Origin: Enoplolaimus lenunculus
Lineage: Eukaryota
Length of the DNA stretch: 43,813 nucleotides
Direction: 5' to 3'
NCBI GenBank assembly: GCA_030248215.1
Contig: JASANG010000627.1
Span: 558,001-601,813 of the forward strand
The translations under genes and the position numbers were made by a program. The notes below the pieces were generated by a model. It saw nothing but the letters and a program-made list of their open reading frames with translations, made no database searches and had not been told where the DNA came from. Shown piece after piece: positions 12,920 to 24,283 of the stretch. How positions within the stretch are numbered: the stretch's first letter is position 1; every line of letters starts with the position of its first letter.

Positions 12920-14080
12920 TATTAGCATTGTCTAAAGTTATTTTGCATTTTTACACCTTCGTTTTGTTTTGCGATAATCATCCATTTGAGAATAGCCGTT
13001 CAAAAACAACAACGGGTATTTGTTGCTGTATAGTTGACACGAAGTGCCGTGTTTACAGCAAAAAGTTCCAACCAATTTCACATGTATACATTTGTCGCTT
13101 GCGTTGACATTACAGCATGACCTTGTGTATCGTTGCTGTTACTTGTCATGCTAAGTTCATATATACCAGTGCTTACATTTATTCAATGGTGCTGTTTTTA
13201 GCGTGTGGCAGCCATGATCTTGTGTTCCATGACAGTTTCGTTTGCTCAACTTATGATTCGATACATTGTCAATGTTTACCAAATTGCTCAGGGTTTATAT
13301 CGGTGTAAAGAGGCTCTCTTGAGCACATCGCGTTGTAAGTATTTGAAATTAGAGTGGGCCACTCGTTGTTAAAATATACATAGGGTTGGTAGAGAGGGAT
13401 GTGACCTAAACTTGTATTTGCCTGTGTAACACAAATTGATATACCTGCAGCAATAGGATCCACCACGACTTAGTAACTTTTGAATCGTTAGATACATGCG
13501 GTGTCCATCGCAAACTGGGCAGTAGTTGTGGTTTGCGCTGTGAGATGAGGTGTTTCCTTTCGAAAATAGCGAACATCCTTGCTCAAAAGGTTTTCGAGTT
13601 AAGCATAAAAGGCAAAATTGTTTATCATTGCTCTCCCATTCTAAGTTTGATTCAATATACTCCTTGGTTAGTTTTCGGTCAAGTTCTAGAGCGGTTTGCA
13701 CTTCTTGATCCCAATAACGAAATGCATCGTTCGCTGGATGTAGTACACATTGCACTTTCAGAATGTTTTTCAATGAAGTAGCAGCAGCATTCCAGTCGAA
13801 ACATTGAGGCACATGTAATTTACCGTTATCCCCGACAGTTATTTCATTAGTATCCGTTTGCACTTACTTTGTTATAAGTGTTGGAACTTCTGGGGCATCG
13901 TAGTCGTTCAAATTGGTACAGACTGGGTTAATTGCCCAACTACTGTTGCCGTCAGAGGTGCTGGATTGAGTAGCAGCAGGAGTTGCAAATGTGAAGTCGG
14001 ATGCGGGGGAGTGCATAACGTTGCTTCCTCCGGCAAAGTGTCAAAAAACAAATTAAACACTGCTTCAGGATCTGTCATGC
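12920..14080 (-). pseudogene. Degraded intronless Cys-rich ORF inside the Maverick (function unknown)
   Basis: Overlapping frames 13369-13863 (164 aa with CLLC and CPVC pairs) and 13269-13466, plus upstream frames to about 14080 linked by stops and frameshifts. Confidence 0.45.
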
Positions 14081-14955
14081 TGTCAGAAAGTTACTATCGT
14101 CATAAGTAACTTGGTCATAGTTTTCTGTTTCAGGTGTTGGTGAAAAGTTTTTCAGACTAGTCATGGTGTTATTGATGCTGGTGATGGTCTGCGTTCCAAA
14201 CGTTAGTGTTGTTGTTGTTGTTATTATTATTATAATTATAATAATCTATGTTACAACTTATCTTTATAGGTATATGCTCCCTGTAATTTTGTAGATTCAT
14301 GACAAAGTGTAGTTCAAGGGGCTATTGTGTGTAGAAACTCTCTATAGGTAGATTTAGCTGTTTGGAAATCGTGATTGTTAATTTTTGAAAAGCGAAGCCT
14401 TTTTCTAGGGTTTTCGTGACAGCATCTGTTGATAAAGTCTTTTGTGCTCTCTGTTAGAGTAGCAAAAGTAGAGTTATTATGGGAATAAGAAACGCACACC
14501 AGAAAATGAGCGACGCGTCCAATTTGATAAGTGTTTAGGACGTTGGAGTTGCACCAAGGTGAACTAAGCTGCTGTTTCGCAATTCGGGCATAGTGCACGG
14601 TGTGCAGCAAGGTCCTAGCCGTATTTTAAGGTTTCGCTGTATACGCCTCCTCCAAAATCAATTAAATTTGGGTATTTGTGGCAAGGTAGATACAGAATAT
14701 TTGCCCCAGATATGTCAAGGTGAAAAATATTAAGACTGGCGAGATATTGCACCGTCCGAATTAGCTGATAAATGACAATATAGGTATCCCGTTCCGTCAG
14801 AGGTCCAAAAGTGGAGCAACAGTTTTCTCCACTTTAGGCATAATTTGAAAGCATTCTATTTGGTTTCTGGACGCTTTTTGAATGAGTGCATAGTCTTCGA
14901 CAGAAACAATGTTCGGTGTCTGAATTAAAATTACATATATATAAGTGCATTGCAT

Positions 14956-15364
14956 GAGGGTGCAACCGGAATTCCGGTTCCGGTTCCGGCATTTTTTCAC
15001 CTTCCGGTTCCGGAAAATTTTTACCGGATTTAAAAATTCCGGTGTTATAATTTGGCCGTTTTCTTAACTTTGCTAATTTTTAAGAATCTCTTTTGAAAGC
15101 CACTTGTACTCCAAATATAAGCCAATGATGGTGGATTTCACTTCAGTCGACGACGAAAATCTAAAATACAACAAATAAAATAAATACCTATGTTCGACTA
15201 AGGTTATTTCACAAATAATAGAGCAAAAAATAAGAATAAAATGAAATTTTTGGTGAAATGCATTTTTTACTTTCCGGTTCCGTTTCCGGTTCCGGTTCCG
15301 GTAAAATTTTTAAATTCCGGTTCCGGTTCCGGTTCTGGTAAATTGTAATTCCGGTTGCACCCTG
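14956..15364. mobile_element. hAT-like MITE nested in the Maverick
   Basis: AGGGTGCAACCGGAATT ... AATTCCGGTTGCACCCTG, TTCCGG arrays, AAGTGCAT present on both sides (offset by 5 nt on the left). Confidence 0.85.
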
Positions 15365-15789
15365 AAGTGCATGTATGTTTATTATGTATTTTAGGCCTAC
15401 GGCGCGTGTCGATGTTTGAACACACAAATTGTGTGTACCACTGCGTTCAGCTATTTTTCGCTGAACTATCCGACTGCAACTACGCTGTCGATGTATAGTC
15501 CACCACCGCCGGATGTATGCTATTTTACCTGTACAAATTTACGGAGTCGATTGCCTCTATTGCGCAAGATAGTCGCAAGCAGCGACGAGTACTGCTGCCT
15601 GGCAACGTTATGCTGCTTTGATCTCAGTGGACCTTCGCGTTTTAATTATGCAAGGTGTGTTATGAAGCCTCTGCTTTGTCAGCTTTGATCGTGTGTGTTT
15701 GTTTATATTTATTTTGATTTATCGTTTTCAATACGACATGAAAAGCGGAAAGTCTTATGCTCGTCCTTGCTAATTTATGCGGTTAAATT

Positions 15790-18085
15790 TAGCAGTACAT
15801 CAACCACGTCGCCTGTTGTAACCACTACATTTACACCAAGCGTGTTGTTTATAGGCGAAATTGAGCTATTTCCTAACCTCTCGTATCGCACAAGGAAAAT
15901 TTTCCTATACAACGTCGTTCACTATTTTAGTTCGTCGGTCCCTCTTGTTACTACTGCCGTGACGTCTCATTCTCTGTCTACCTCCACAAGTGCTCGTCGT
16001 AGTTCAACCATGCGTTCGACATAGTCTAAGACATCCCAGCCAACTACTACTATTCGTGTCAAAACATCGCCGCATATTACTGATTCTACATCTTCAGTTA
16101 TTTCGTTGTCTTATAGCTCATCTCCTGTCAGAAGTACGATTACACCTAAAACCGCGGCAGTTACAACGGCGTCGACGTCGTTGACATCGAGTACGCTGCC
16201 TATTGGTAGAAATGTCTCAACGGCTGCAATGATTGTTGCGAATCATGCTGGTACATTAGTCGGATCGTCTCTTAGTTGCCTTATTGCAGGCACATTGATT
16301 GGATTGTGTACAATGTTAGTTTGTCTTTTAGCCATAGTATAGTTTTAGGTATGTCTTGCGTTGTCGCTTACCTCTTGCAGTTTTTGCAAGAATTGATATT
16401 CCATGGTGGGCTGATACTGAATCCCACTTGTCGTTTGATGTTTCACCAAAAAATTTCTGATCAGAAAGACGCATTGCTTCGTGTATATTACAAGTGGAAC
16501 CCTTTGATACCGAAATGGTGTTAGAGATTAAGTATTGTTGTCCACGATCGGAAATTACCTAGCAAAACTGATTACTATCTAATGTAAGGCTCTTTTTTGA
16601 GGTTAATGATTAATCGTCGACGCTTGGCAAGATACAATGCCGAACGGAGAATGAGACTCGATACGCTACCTTCAAGGCAAGCGCTTGAACTTCGGAGCTT
16701 AATCCATATCAGTCCACTACACAATCTCTGGAAGATATTACATTTCGGTCAGTGCTTGTGCCAAGTAGTTTGTTAAATACTCCCCACCGTTCCAACGCTT
16801 GCTCAAAACGTTTATTTTCTAAAGTTAATTTCTTTTTGTTCAAATTGGAGCATCAGCACACAAAGTCCGTTCTCTGAAGCTTTTGGTTCTCGCGGTTTAA
16901 GACCGATCCTATCTTGCTAGTTGTGTTAGATTTTGGATATTTGCAGGTGTTTGAATGTGTGTGAGTGGTGTTATTTGCTGTTCTTCGTGTATGTAGGGTT
17001 GAGAGTAGGTTACTGAGCTATGAGCGAACGAGGCTATCGATGCGCCGCCCGGGAACAAACGGGGAGAATTTACTCCAGCCGCCTGGCCTGGTTAGCATCG
17101 ATAGTCAGCGTTCGGTTCAACAGCTTCGTCGTTTTTTTGATTCACTGATTACTGTCTTCGCATTTTCTCGGTTGTATCAGTTGATTTTTCTTTGTCAAAC
17201 GACTATTTGTTGCGTTTAGTTTATAATGCTAAATTTGAAGTAGTACATTGGGAGGTAAGCTGAGACATTTGTTGTTGCGTTTATAGTACCTTAAATACAG
17301 TTTGGGTTGAAACACTCAAAAGCACACTAAATTTAAAGCATACTGGCAAAGCTTTACATATAGATGTACTAGCTTAAACTCCGTGTATCATAGAGTGTTT
17401 CAACGCAAATTGTAATTAATAATGACTATAAACGCAACAACAAATGTCTCAGCTTACCTCCCAATGTACTACCTCAAATTTAGCGTGTTATAAAGTTTTT
17501 CTCACTGCAAATCGTAATTATGAACTAAATGCGACAGTTGTTTGACAAAGAAAAATCCGCTGATACAACTGAAAAAATGCGAAATGATTTTTGTCATATT
17601 CTTTCAAAGAGACTAATGTAGCCGATGCGAAGCACAATCGTGTCAGTTGCATTATCCTCATGAAAAGAATATGACAAGAATCGTACCGTATATAACTCAT
17701 TTTGGTCAGGTTTGCAGCAGTACTGTCCACAGTTGAGTGACGGTACTGTTGCAAAATTGGTGACTTTTTCAAGTGAATCAAAGACGAAGTACTGTTGAAC
17801 CGAACGTCATTTCACCATTCATCGCATATATAACCTGTTCAACATATTTTTTATGCTATTTATTTCAGAACTCATCCACGTGTAACTGCGTCTACGCCTA
17901 AGGATGCTAGCGAAACGAGTGTAAGCGGACTAAGCAACATGTATTCTGGCGAAACGATCAACGAGCGTGACGTTACTCCAGCACCTAACATTGAGGCGGA
18001 CCCTAAACCTTCGACATCTGCACCAATTGTCTCCGAAACGTATGTTACGCCAAAGCGCAAGAAACCTTGCCTGCCTTTGCAAAAA
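15790..18085 (+). pseudogene. Spliced mucin-stalk type I membrane protein pseudogene inside the Maverick
   Basis: Exon after ttttag at about 15931-16348 encodes an S/T-rich stalk (in-frame stop near 16022) and then a hydrophobic helix (TLVGSSLSCLIAGTLIGLCTMLVCLLAIV) ending at a gtatgt donor. The next exon at about 16602-16747 begins LMINRRRLAR (basic stop-transfer). The exon from about 17869, after tttcag, encodes a P/S/T tail with ETYVTPKR. Confidence 0.55.
17109..17806. mobile_element. Foldback element in an intron of the cargo-like gene
   Basis: 17228-17288 is a near-perfect reverse complement of 17426-17484. Outer arm pairs are 17157-17225/17518-17584 and 17109-17148/17769-17806. Confidence 0.75.
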
Positions 18086-18529
18086 CGTTTTTCTGCACGT
18101 TTAGCGACATATTTTATTGGAGAACGTATAAGGGTTGTGGAAATGCATGTTCCTGGTTTCCGTGTTTTGGAACAGTACTTATTGAGTAGCTCGTGCGTGT
18201 ATCATTCCCTGTGGTGTACTCCAAGCCAGCGTCGATACTGTACTTCTTTTAGGTTAAACTTGTTGCTCAATTATTTCACTGTTATAGCCTGTGAATTGCC
18301 ATATGACGGGGTGCTAGCGGTATAATGATGCTAGCGTTATATACATATGTGTACATATCTAATGAATTATATGGTCAAATTTCAGTTTAGTTGTGAGGGA
18401 GTGGGGTGGGTTACAGGGGGCATTAGTTACGTGTGCCTTTGTTTTATATACCTCGTAGCGGGTATTGTTGGTTCGTACCCATGCCCCAGTTTTTGATAGG
18501 GAGGGGTTCGACTTTCTAGTTTTTGCCAT

Positions 18530-19481
18530 TGCCCAAAAAACAAAAAATTAAAATGCCCAAAAAAATTACACAGTGAAAATACAAAAAAAACAAAAAATAA
18601 AAATGCCCAATTATTTATTTTGTCTCGTATTTGTAATTAGGTGCGAGCCATATTTGTGTATTGTGTTTTTATTGGCGAAATGAGCACTTCGGTGCGAGCC
18701 TGCTGGCGAAAAAAGCACTTCGGTGCGAGCCTGCTAGCGAAAAAAGCACTTCGGTGCGTGCGAAATGAGCACGCTAGAAGCAAGTACCTGCGCAGAAAAA
18801 TATGTATTTTCTTATTACAATGATATGTATTTTCGGTATCGTGTAGTTTACATAGTATGTCTACTAAGCAGTGATCCAAGTTTAAGTACGCGCGCGACTA
18901 AGCGTAGCGCTTAAGGTAGTGCATTATTGACTTTAGTAAGGCGCGCGGACGCTTCTAAGTTCAAGAGAGTGCAATAGGGCTCCTAGCAAAAATTTATTTA
19001 TTCTGTTGTCGAGTTTGTGTGTTTGTAGACAACAGAAAAATAAGTTTTTTGTTGCGGGCGACAGCACTTTAGAAAAAGCGAGTCCTTGTTGGGAACCTCA
19101 TGGGTGGCGTGGAAGGCCTAACACTTAGTTTCAGCTTGGAACGACCGCATGAGTTGACTGAAAGACGACTGTGATTTTCGTAATTGTACGGTTTACGTTG
19201 CTAATAGAGTAAGCACTGCAGTTTTACGTGCTAAGCTTCAAACACGCCGTGCAACTGAGCGTATGTAAGATAAGCATCTCATAAGAGTGCATTAGGGCTC
19301 CTAACGAAACTCATTTTTTGTAGACAACAGAATAAAATAAGTTTTTTGTTGCGGGCGACAGCACTTTAAAAAAAGCGAGTCCTTGTTCGGAACCTCATGG
19401 GTGGCGTGGAAGGCCCAACACTTAGTTTCAACTTGGAAACAAGCGTTTATGTAAGCTTTGACATCTAATTTCAGCTTGGAA
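18530..19481. repeat. Subterminal tandem and direct repeats near the right Maverick TIR
   Basis: About 31-bp unit GCACTTCGGTGCGAGCCTGCT(G/A)GCGAAAAAA repeated about 3 times (18639-18760); about 180-bp direct repeat (18965-19141 and 19283-19481); A-rich TGCCCAAAAAA units (18530-18610). Confidence 0.8.
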
Positions 19482-19629
19482 CAGTCGGTTGTAGAAAAAA
19501 AAATCGCGCGTATCGACTCAGTTGGGAGGAGCACTCAAAGGGATCGATTTCAAAACAAATTCAAAGTGATCAACGTTCAAAGTAAGCAATCAATTTTTAT
19601 AATTAGTTTTTATCATGCTTAAGTGTTTT

Positions 19630-19711
19630 AATGAGTGTACCAAATCCGTTTTTTGCCATACCCCGTTTGGTATACCAAAAACATGGTATACCAAAAGGGT
19701 GTTTAACTAAT
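19630..19711 (-). repeat. Right terminal inverted repeat of the Maverick
   Basis: Ends GTTTAACTAAT (one mismatch from ACTACT) and is followed directly by the TSD CAAACA. Confidence 0.88.
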
Positions 19712-21413
19712 CAAACAAATAAAAATTACAAGTTTTACATAGTTTTGGCAATATGGTAACAGCAGAATTTGTTTAGAGTTGCAATTTCGAAGAAAACGAG
19801 AAGCTATTTTACTTGTGCGAAATGTTTAGTATCAAATAGTTACCCATTCCATTCCTAAAGCCGGAGTTCGGCAAATGCCAAGACCAACTTTCTTGCCGGT
19901 TAAAGTGAAAAAAATTAGGTCGAAACGCACAACATGTATTGGTTGACGCATTGTAAAATTGCTAAGCTGAAACCACGCTAAGGTATAACGTTAGCAAAAC
20001 AAATACTAAAACCTAGGTTTTTCTTGAAGGTTTAATATGCATTGCGCAAGAAAAACGGCGGCGTGCAAAGTAAGGTTAAATTTTTTCTTTCATTAATGTT
20101 AAGGGGTATCCTTGAAAGTTAAATTATTTAAGTCGAAACGCATAGCGTGAATGAGTCGACGCATTTTAAAGTTGCTAATACTACGGGGACAACCGCAATT
20201 TTTGCAAACGGGCGTGCTTTAGTGACCTCAATGGAACAAATCCAGGTGGTGGCGTGTTTTATCATCACTTTAAGAAGCCACTGGTGACGATTGTGAGTTT
20301 TTGATATATTCTGAGAATGCTAGTAAACCAACATTCTAAATTTCAAGGCTTCAGAGACAAGGGGTTACTTGATACATTGTAAGAAATTTATTGTAACGTC
20401 AAAAAACCTGTGTTGGGACAGCTTTTACACCGGGTCCCACGGCGGGGGTAATACAACTAATTTCTACATAGCATCGCTTAACAATTCATAAACAAAATTT
20501 TTTAACTTGCGAACACCTCCCTTATCTATTACTAACTTAAAATTTTTCTATCGGTTACAAAAGTTTTGTGCTGACTGTTAACAAGTATATATGTTAGCCT
20601 ATGGTTGTTCCGTTTATACAATAAACAGCTTCGCTCGTTTGACGGAAAAAGAGCTTCTTAATAATCTTGGTTTTCATTTTTAATCAATAATAATCGAAAA
20701 ATTAGTAGCAAATTACGTGCGATAAACTATTCATCCAACGCAGAAAATGATGGAATTGAACTCATCGCGTCGCTTTTACACTGTAATATACATGAAAAAA
20801 TTATAGATTTCTGAACTGTGAAAATAGATTTTTGATTCCGCACTCCGCAGTAATCTGTATAAGATCACAAAAGTGAAAGAATATTTTCAAGTCATAAAAA
20901 ATTAAAATTTACTTGAAATCATTAGGGGAGGTTACAAGGAGCCAGATCGGCATTATGCTCCGATAGTTTAAGAGTAGTGCGGTTCCTGAAGATTAGGACC
21001 AGTACTGCTTCTACAAAGTAACAACTAAAACGTATACGTAAATTTAAGCCTCCTCAGCGTAATGAACACAAGTCTAAAACAAAGCCTAAGCCTAAGCCGA
21101 AGCAAAAAAAATTTGTCTAAAATTGACAGTAGCAGTCTTCTAAACCGAGTACCCAGCACTATTGAGGCAGTTGCATAAATAACTCCGGATATGAAAAAAT
21201 ATCCGATGCCCATCACTACTTAGCATATAATCCTGATAAGTTTACGTACTACGAAAGTATAAAAATGTACAAAACAAACTGGTAGGAGTGGATGCTCAGT
21301 CGACTTCAAAAACTATAAACAGGAAACATATACATTTAAAAAATTTCCATTCATATAAAACCAGCACTAAGGCGTTCATAATATTTACATATCTGCTGTC
21401 GATAGGGGTACTA

Positions 21414-21750
21414 CAGGGTACAACAGGGGGTCTGCCCCCCGATTTGGCAGACAATCAGCCTCGGCTGCGGTAGAATTTTTGCTGGAAGTTCCGGCAATTT
21501 CGGTAGTAACATTTTGCATGTTTTTGCCAAATTTATGTTTAAAGCGTTTCGTTTTACTTTTGTCAACACATTTTCAAGAAAGTTTAGTAATTTCGCTGAA
21601 AATTAGCGTAAATCCAAACAAGATATTGCAGACCTCGGCTAAAATTAACTAATTAACCGTCACTTTTACGACCTAATTTCACCTCTACTCCGACTTCGGC
21701 AAGTTCGTTGACCTCAGGCACCGGTATCTTTCACCTCCGGTTGCACCCTG
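21414..21750. mobile_element. hAT-like MITE
   Basis: CAGGGTACAAC ... GTTGCACCCTG, flanks GGGTACTA/GGGTACAG. A related truncated copy occupies 1-170. Confidence 0.75.
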
Positions 21751-22257
21751 GGGTACAGCCATACTAAAAATACTTATAGTTCAGTTGTTTCAATACTAAA
21801 AATTCTAGCCTAAAATGTTAAGCAAAAAATCGTTTACACTCCCAACACGTATTTCTTTTAATAATACAGATTGCTAAATTAGCAGCTAGCGCCCAAAGGC
21901 AGTGAAAAAACCCAAGTGATTGAAAGCTCTCCAATCCACTCCATGTCGTTTCCATAGCCGAGTAACCGATGCCCAAATTAAACGAACTATTCCAAACTTT
22001 ACTTACAAATAAAACATATTTACACATGACAAATATATATTCCTACTTCAGCCCTCTTTTAGACGAAGATGCTTCAGCCGAATATACTCCGTTCTAAAGA
22101 CCAACAATTAAAACATATGGCGTTTGCATCACATAAAAATGAAGCAAAATGGTTGCAAAACATTTTAAAAAATTACGTAAACGTTTTGGAACGACTGCCA
22201 GTCTGATAGCATAAACACTCGCCAAAAATAAGAAAAAAGTATCCAATACCTGGCCAA

Positions 22258-22532
22258 CAGTGTGCAATCGGAATTGCGGCTTCGGTTGGAAAATCTAGTA
22301 TATTTAACTATCCGCTTCCGTTTCTAGATTTTAGAAAAACCGGCACGCTACGGAAATATATGTGATTGATGAAAAATACTGAAAAATGTCGCATGATAAG
22401 TATATATGTATAATCTTTTAAGTGAAATTGTGCTACAATTAGTGTTCAGTTACTTTCGTACTATCCGGTTCCCGTGGAAAATCTGGTATTACTTTTTCCG
22501 GTCTCGGTATTTTGTGTTCCAGTTGCACCCTA
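22258..22532. mobile_element. Degenerate CAGGGTGCAA-family MITE
   Basis: CAGTGTGCAATCGGAATT ... CCAGTTGCACCCTA, TCCGGT motifs. Confidence 0.65.
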
Positions 22533-23408
22533 CGGTGGCAGCTCAAAAACCTCACAACTCTGCATAAAGGTTTACGATCGCGGTATGTTTCAATAATACT
22601 TACCTATACTGTCAAGCCAATGTTATGACCAAAATAAAAATTCTGACGAAATCGACTTTATTTTGTCATTGAATAGCATAGCACAAGGATAACAGTTCAA
22701 CGTCCAGTGAAAACTTTAGCAAGACTTGCAGATAATCATTATGTTTGTTTATAAATGATCTGACTTAACAAATACAATAAATACACCACACAATGACTCT
22801 TAACAACAAAATATAAATAGAGTTCTGAAATGGAAGACAAAACAAACAGTAAGAGTTAAAACTGAGATTTTACTGAAAATTAAAGCAATTCAAAGAAGAA
22901 TCCGTATAAAAGAATATAAACTAAAATATAGGTGTGCACTATGCATCTTACAGTACAACAAACGAACCAAAATATAATTACTACATAGTTGGCGAATTTA
23001 ACCAAAGTAAATTCCCGTAGATCATTTCATTAAAACTCTTTTCGCAAATGTATGAACAGTGACTAAATTTGATTAGATGTAAAGTCAAATCGCACTATGC
23101 AAAATCATACAAGCCGACTTTCGTCGCACTTCGTATACTTTAACTTACTATTACTTATTAAATTTCCATTTAATGCAACGCTGCCCTTGAAGAGATAAAA
23201 CGATTGTAGATCAGTTTAAACTTTATCAGCATTACCAAATTTTTAGCTGTTATCGTAACCGAAATTTTGCTACTGTCGTCAACGGTCCTCTACGCCATTT
23301 GGTGCTTATAGACTTTTTCCATAACACTGTTCATCGATGAATGCAATCATAACTTGTTCCGAGCTCTGCCAGCAAAGCTACGATAACATCTGCAGAATAA
23401 CCAGTCGA

Positions 23409-23829
23409 CAGGGTGCAAAGCAGAACTGGATTGTACCAGAATCGGAATCGGAACAGCAAAACTATACCGGAATTGTAATCGGAATTAGAAATTTTGTGAC
23501 TGTACGGATAGTTTGTATTGACAAATATCATGTTGATTTAGGGCGTCTGTGGCTGACAACAATTTTCAAAAAGATGGCATGAACAAGTTGGCGGTTGGCG
23601 ACAATTTTTGGTTCTGTAAATGCTAACCTACAATCAATTATTGATAAGTTAACTCATCGAAAGCAATCTAATAGATAAATACAGAATTTTTATGCAACGT
23701 ATTACAACAAATCTGATTAAAATTAAAATTTCAAAATTCGGATTCCGATTAATTGTGCAATCGACATCTGCATTGGAATCAAAACTTGTTTTGAATCGGA
23801 ATTGTAATCTGAATTCCTGTTGCACCCTG
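23409..23829. mobile_element. hAT-like MITE (CAGGGTGCAA TIR)
   Basis: TIRs CAGGGTGCAA/TTGCACCCTG, perfect 8-bp TSD CCAGTCGA, internal ATCGGA repeats. Confidence 0.9.
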
Positions 23830-24283
23830 CCAGTCGATAAATAATTATCTATATAATACATAAAGCTACATAAATGAATACACAAAATATCATGGCACAC
23901 AAAGCTAAACGCGGAATTTAAAGCATAAAACAACTATAAAATAAATAGGCTCTCTGTGTACAACACAACAACGCATTACAACTTGACAAGTTGAGAAGTA
24001 CTGAATTTTTTATCATAATTACGTAAAACAACGTGCCGAAGGAAAAAGTTGAAATTATTTAGAACTGAACACAAATCATATTAAGTTGTCTAGAACACCA
24101 AACAGAATCCTACCTTTGCTTGTTACAGAGTAACAACGATTCTCGACTACGATTGAACGTTTCTTTGTAACTAAAAACCTTTGGTTAGCACCACAATAAT
24201 AAACCAAAAAATATTTTAAAAAATAAATTTTTCAAGTCATGGATAAAGTTAGGAATACCGCACAGCGCCCAGGTTTCAATTGT

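Larger units (their letters stand above)
8040..19711. mobile_element. Maverick/Polinton element, internally deleted and degraded, about 11.7 kb
   Basis: Left end AGTAGTTAAACACCCCTTTTGG (8040-8122) is the inverted copy of the right end ...CCAAAAGGGTGTTTAACTAAT (19630-19711). Both ends are flanked by CAAACA (8034-8039 and 19712-19717), a 6-bp TSD. Penton and pPolB remnants lie inside. Confidence 0.88.

Noticed and set aside
18639..18760. 31-bp repeats as a CRISPR array
   Set aside because: The units are head-to-tail with no unique spacers, the context is eukaryotic and no cas genes are present.
21083..21102. GCCTAAGCCTAAGCC as interstitial telomere or template
   Set aside because: It is part of a hexamer-repeat MITE-like remnant (about 20920-21160), with similar words at about 28490-28560.
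21818..22027. 69-aa minus-strand ORF as a further InaF exon
   Set aside because: No convincing acceptor or phase link and no recognisable motif.
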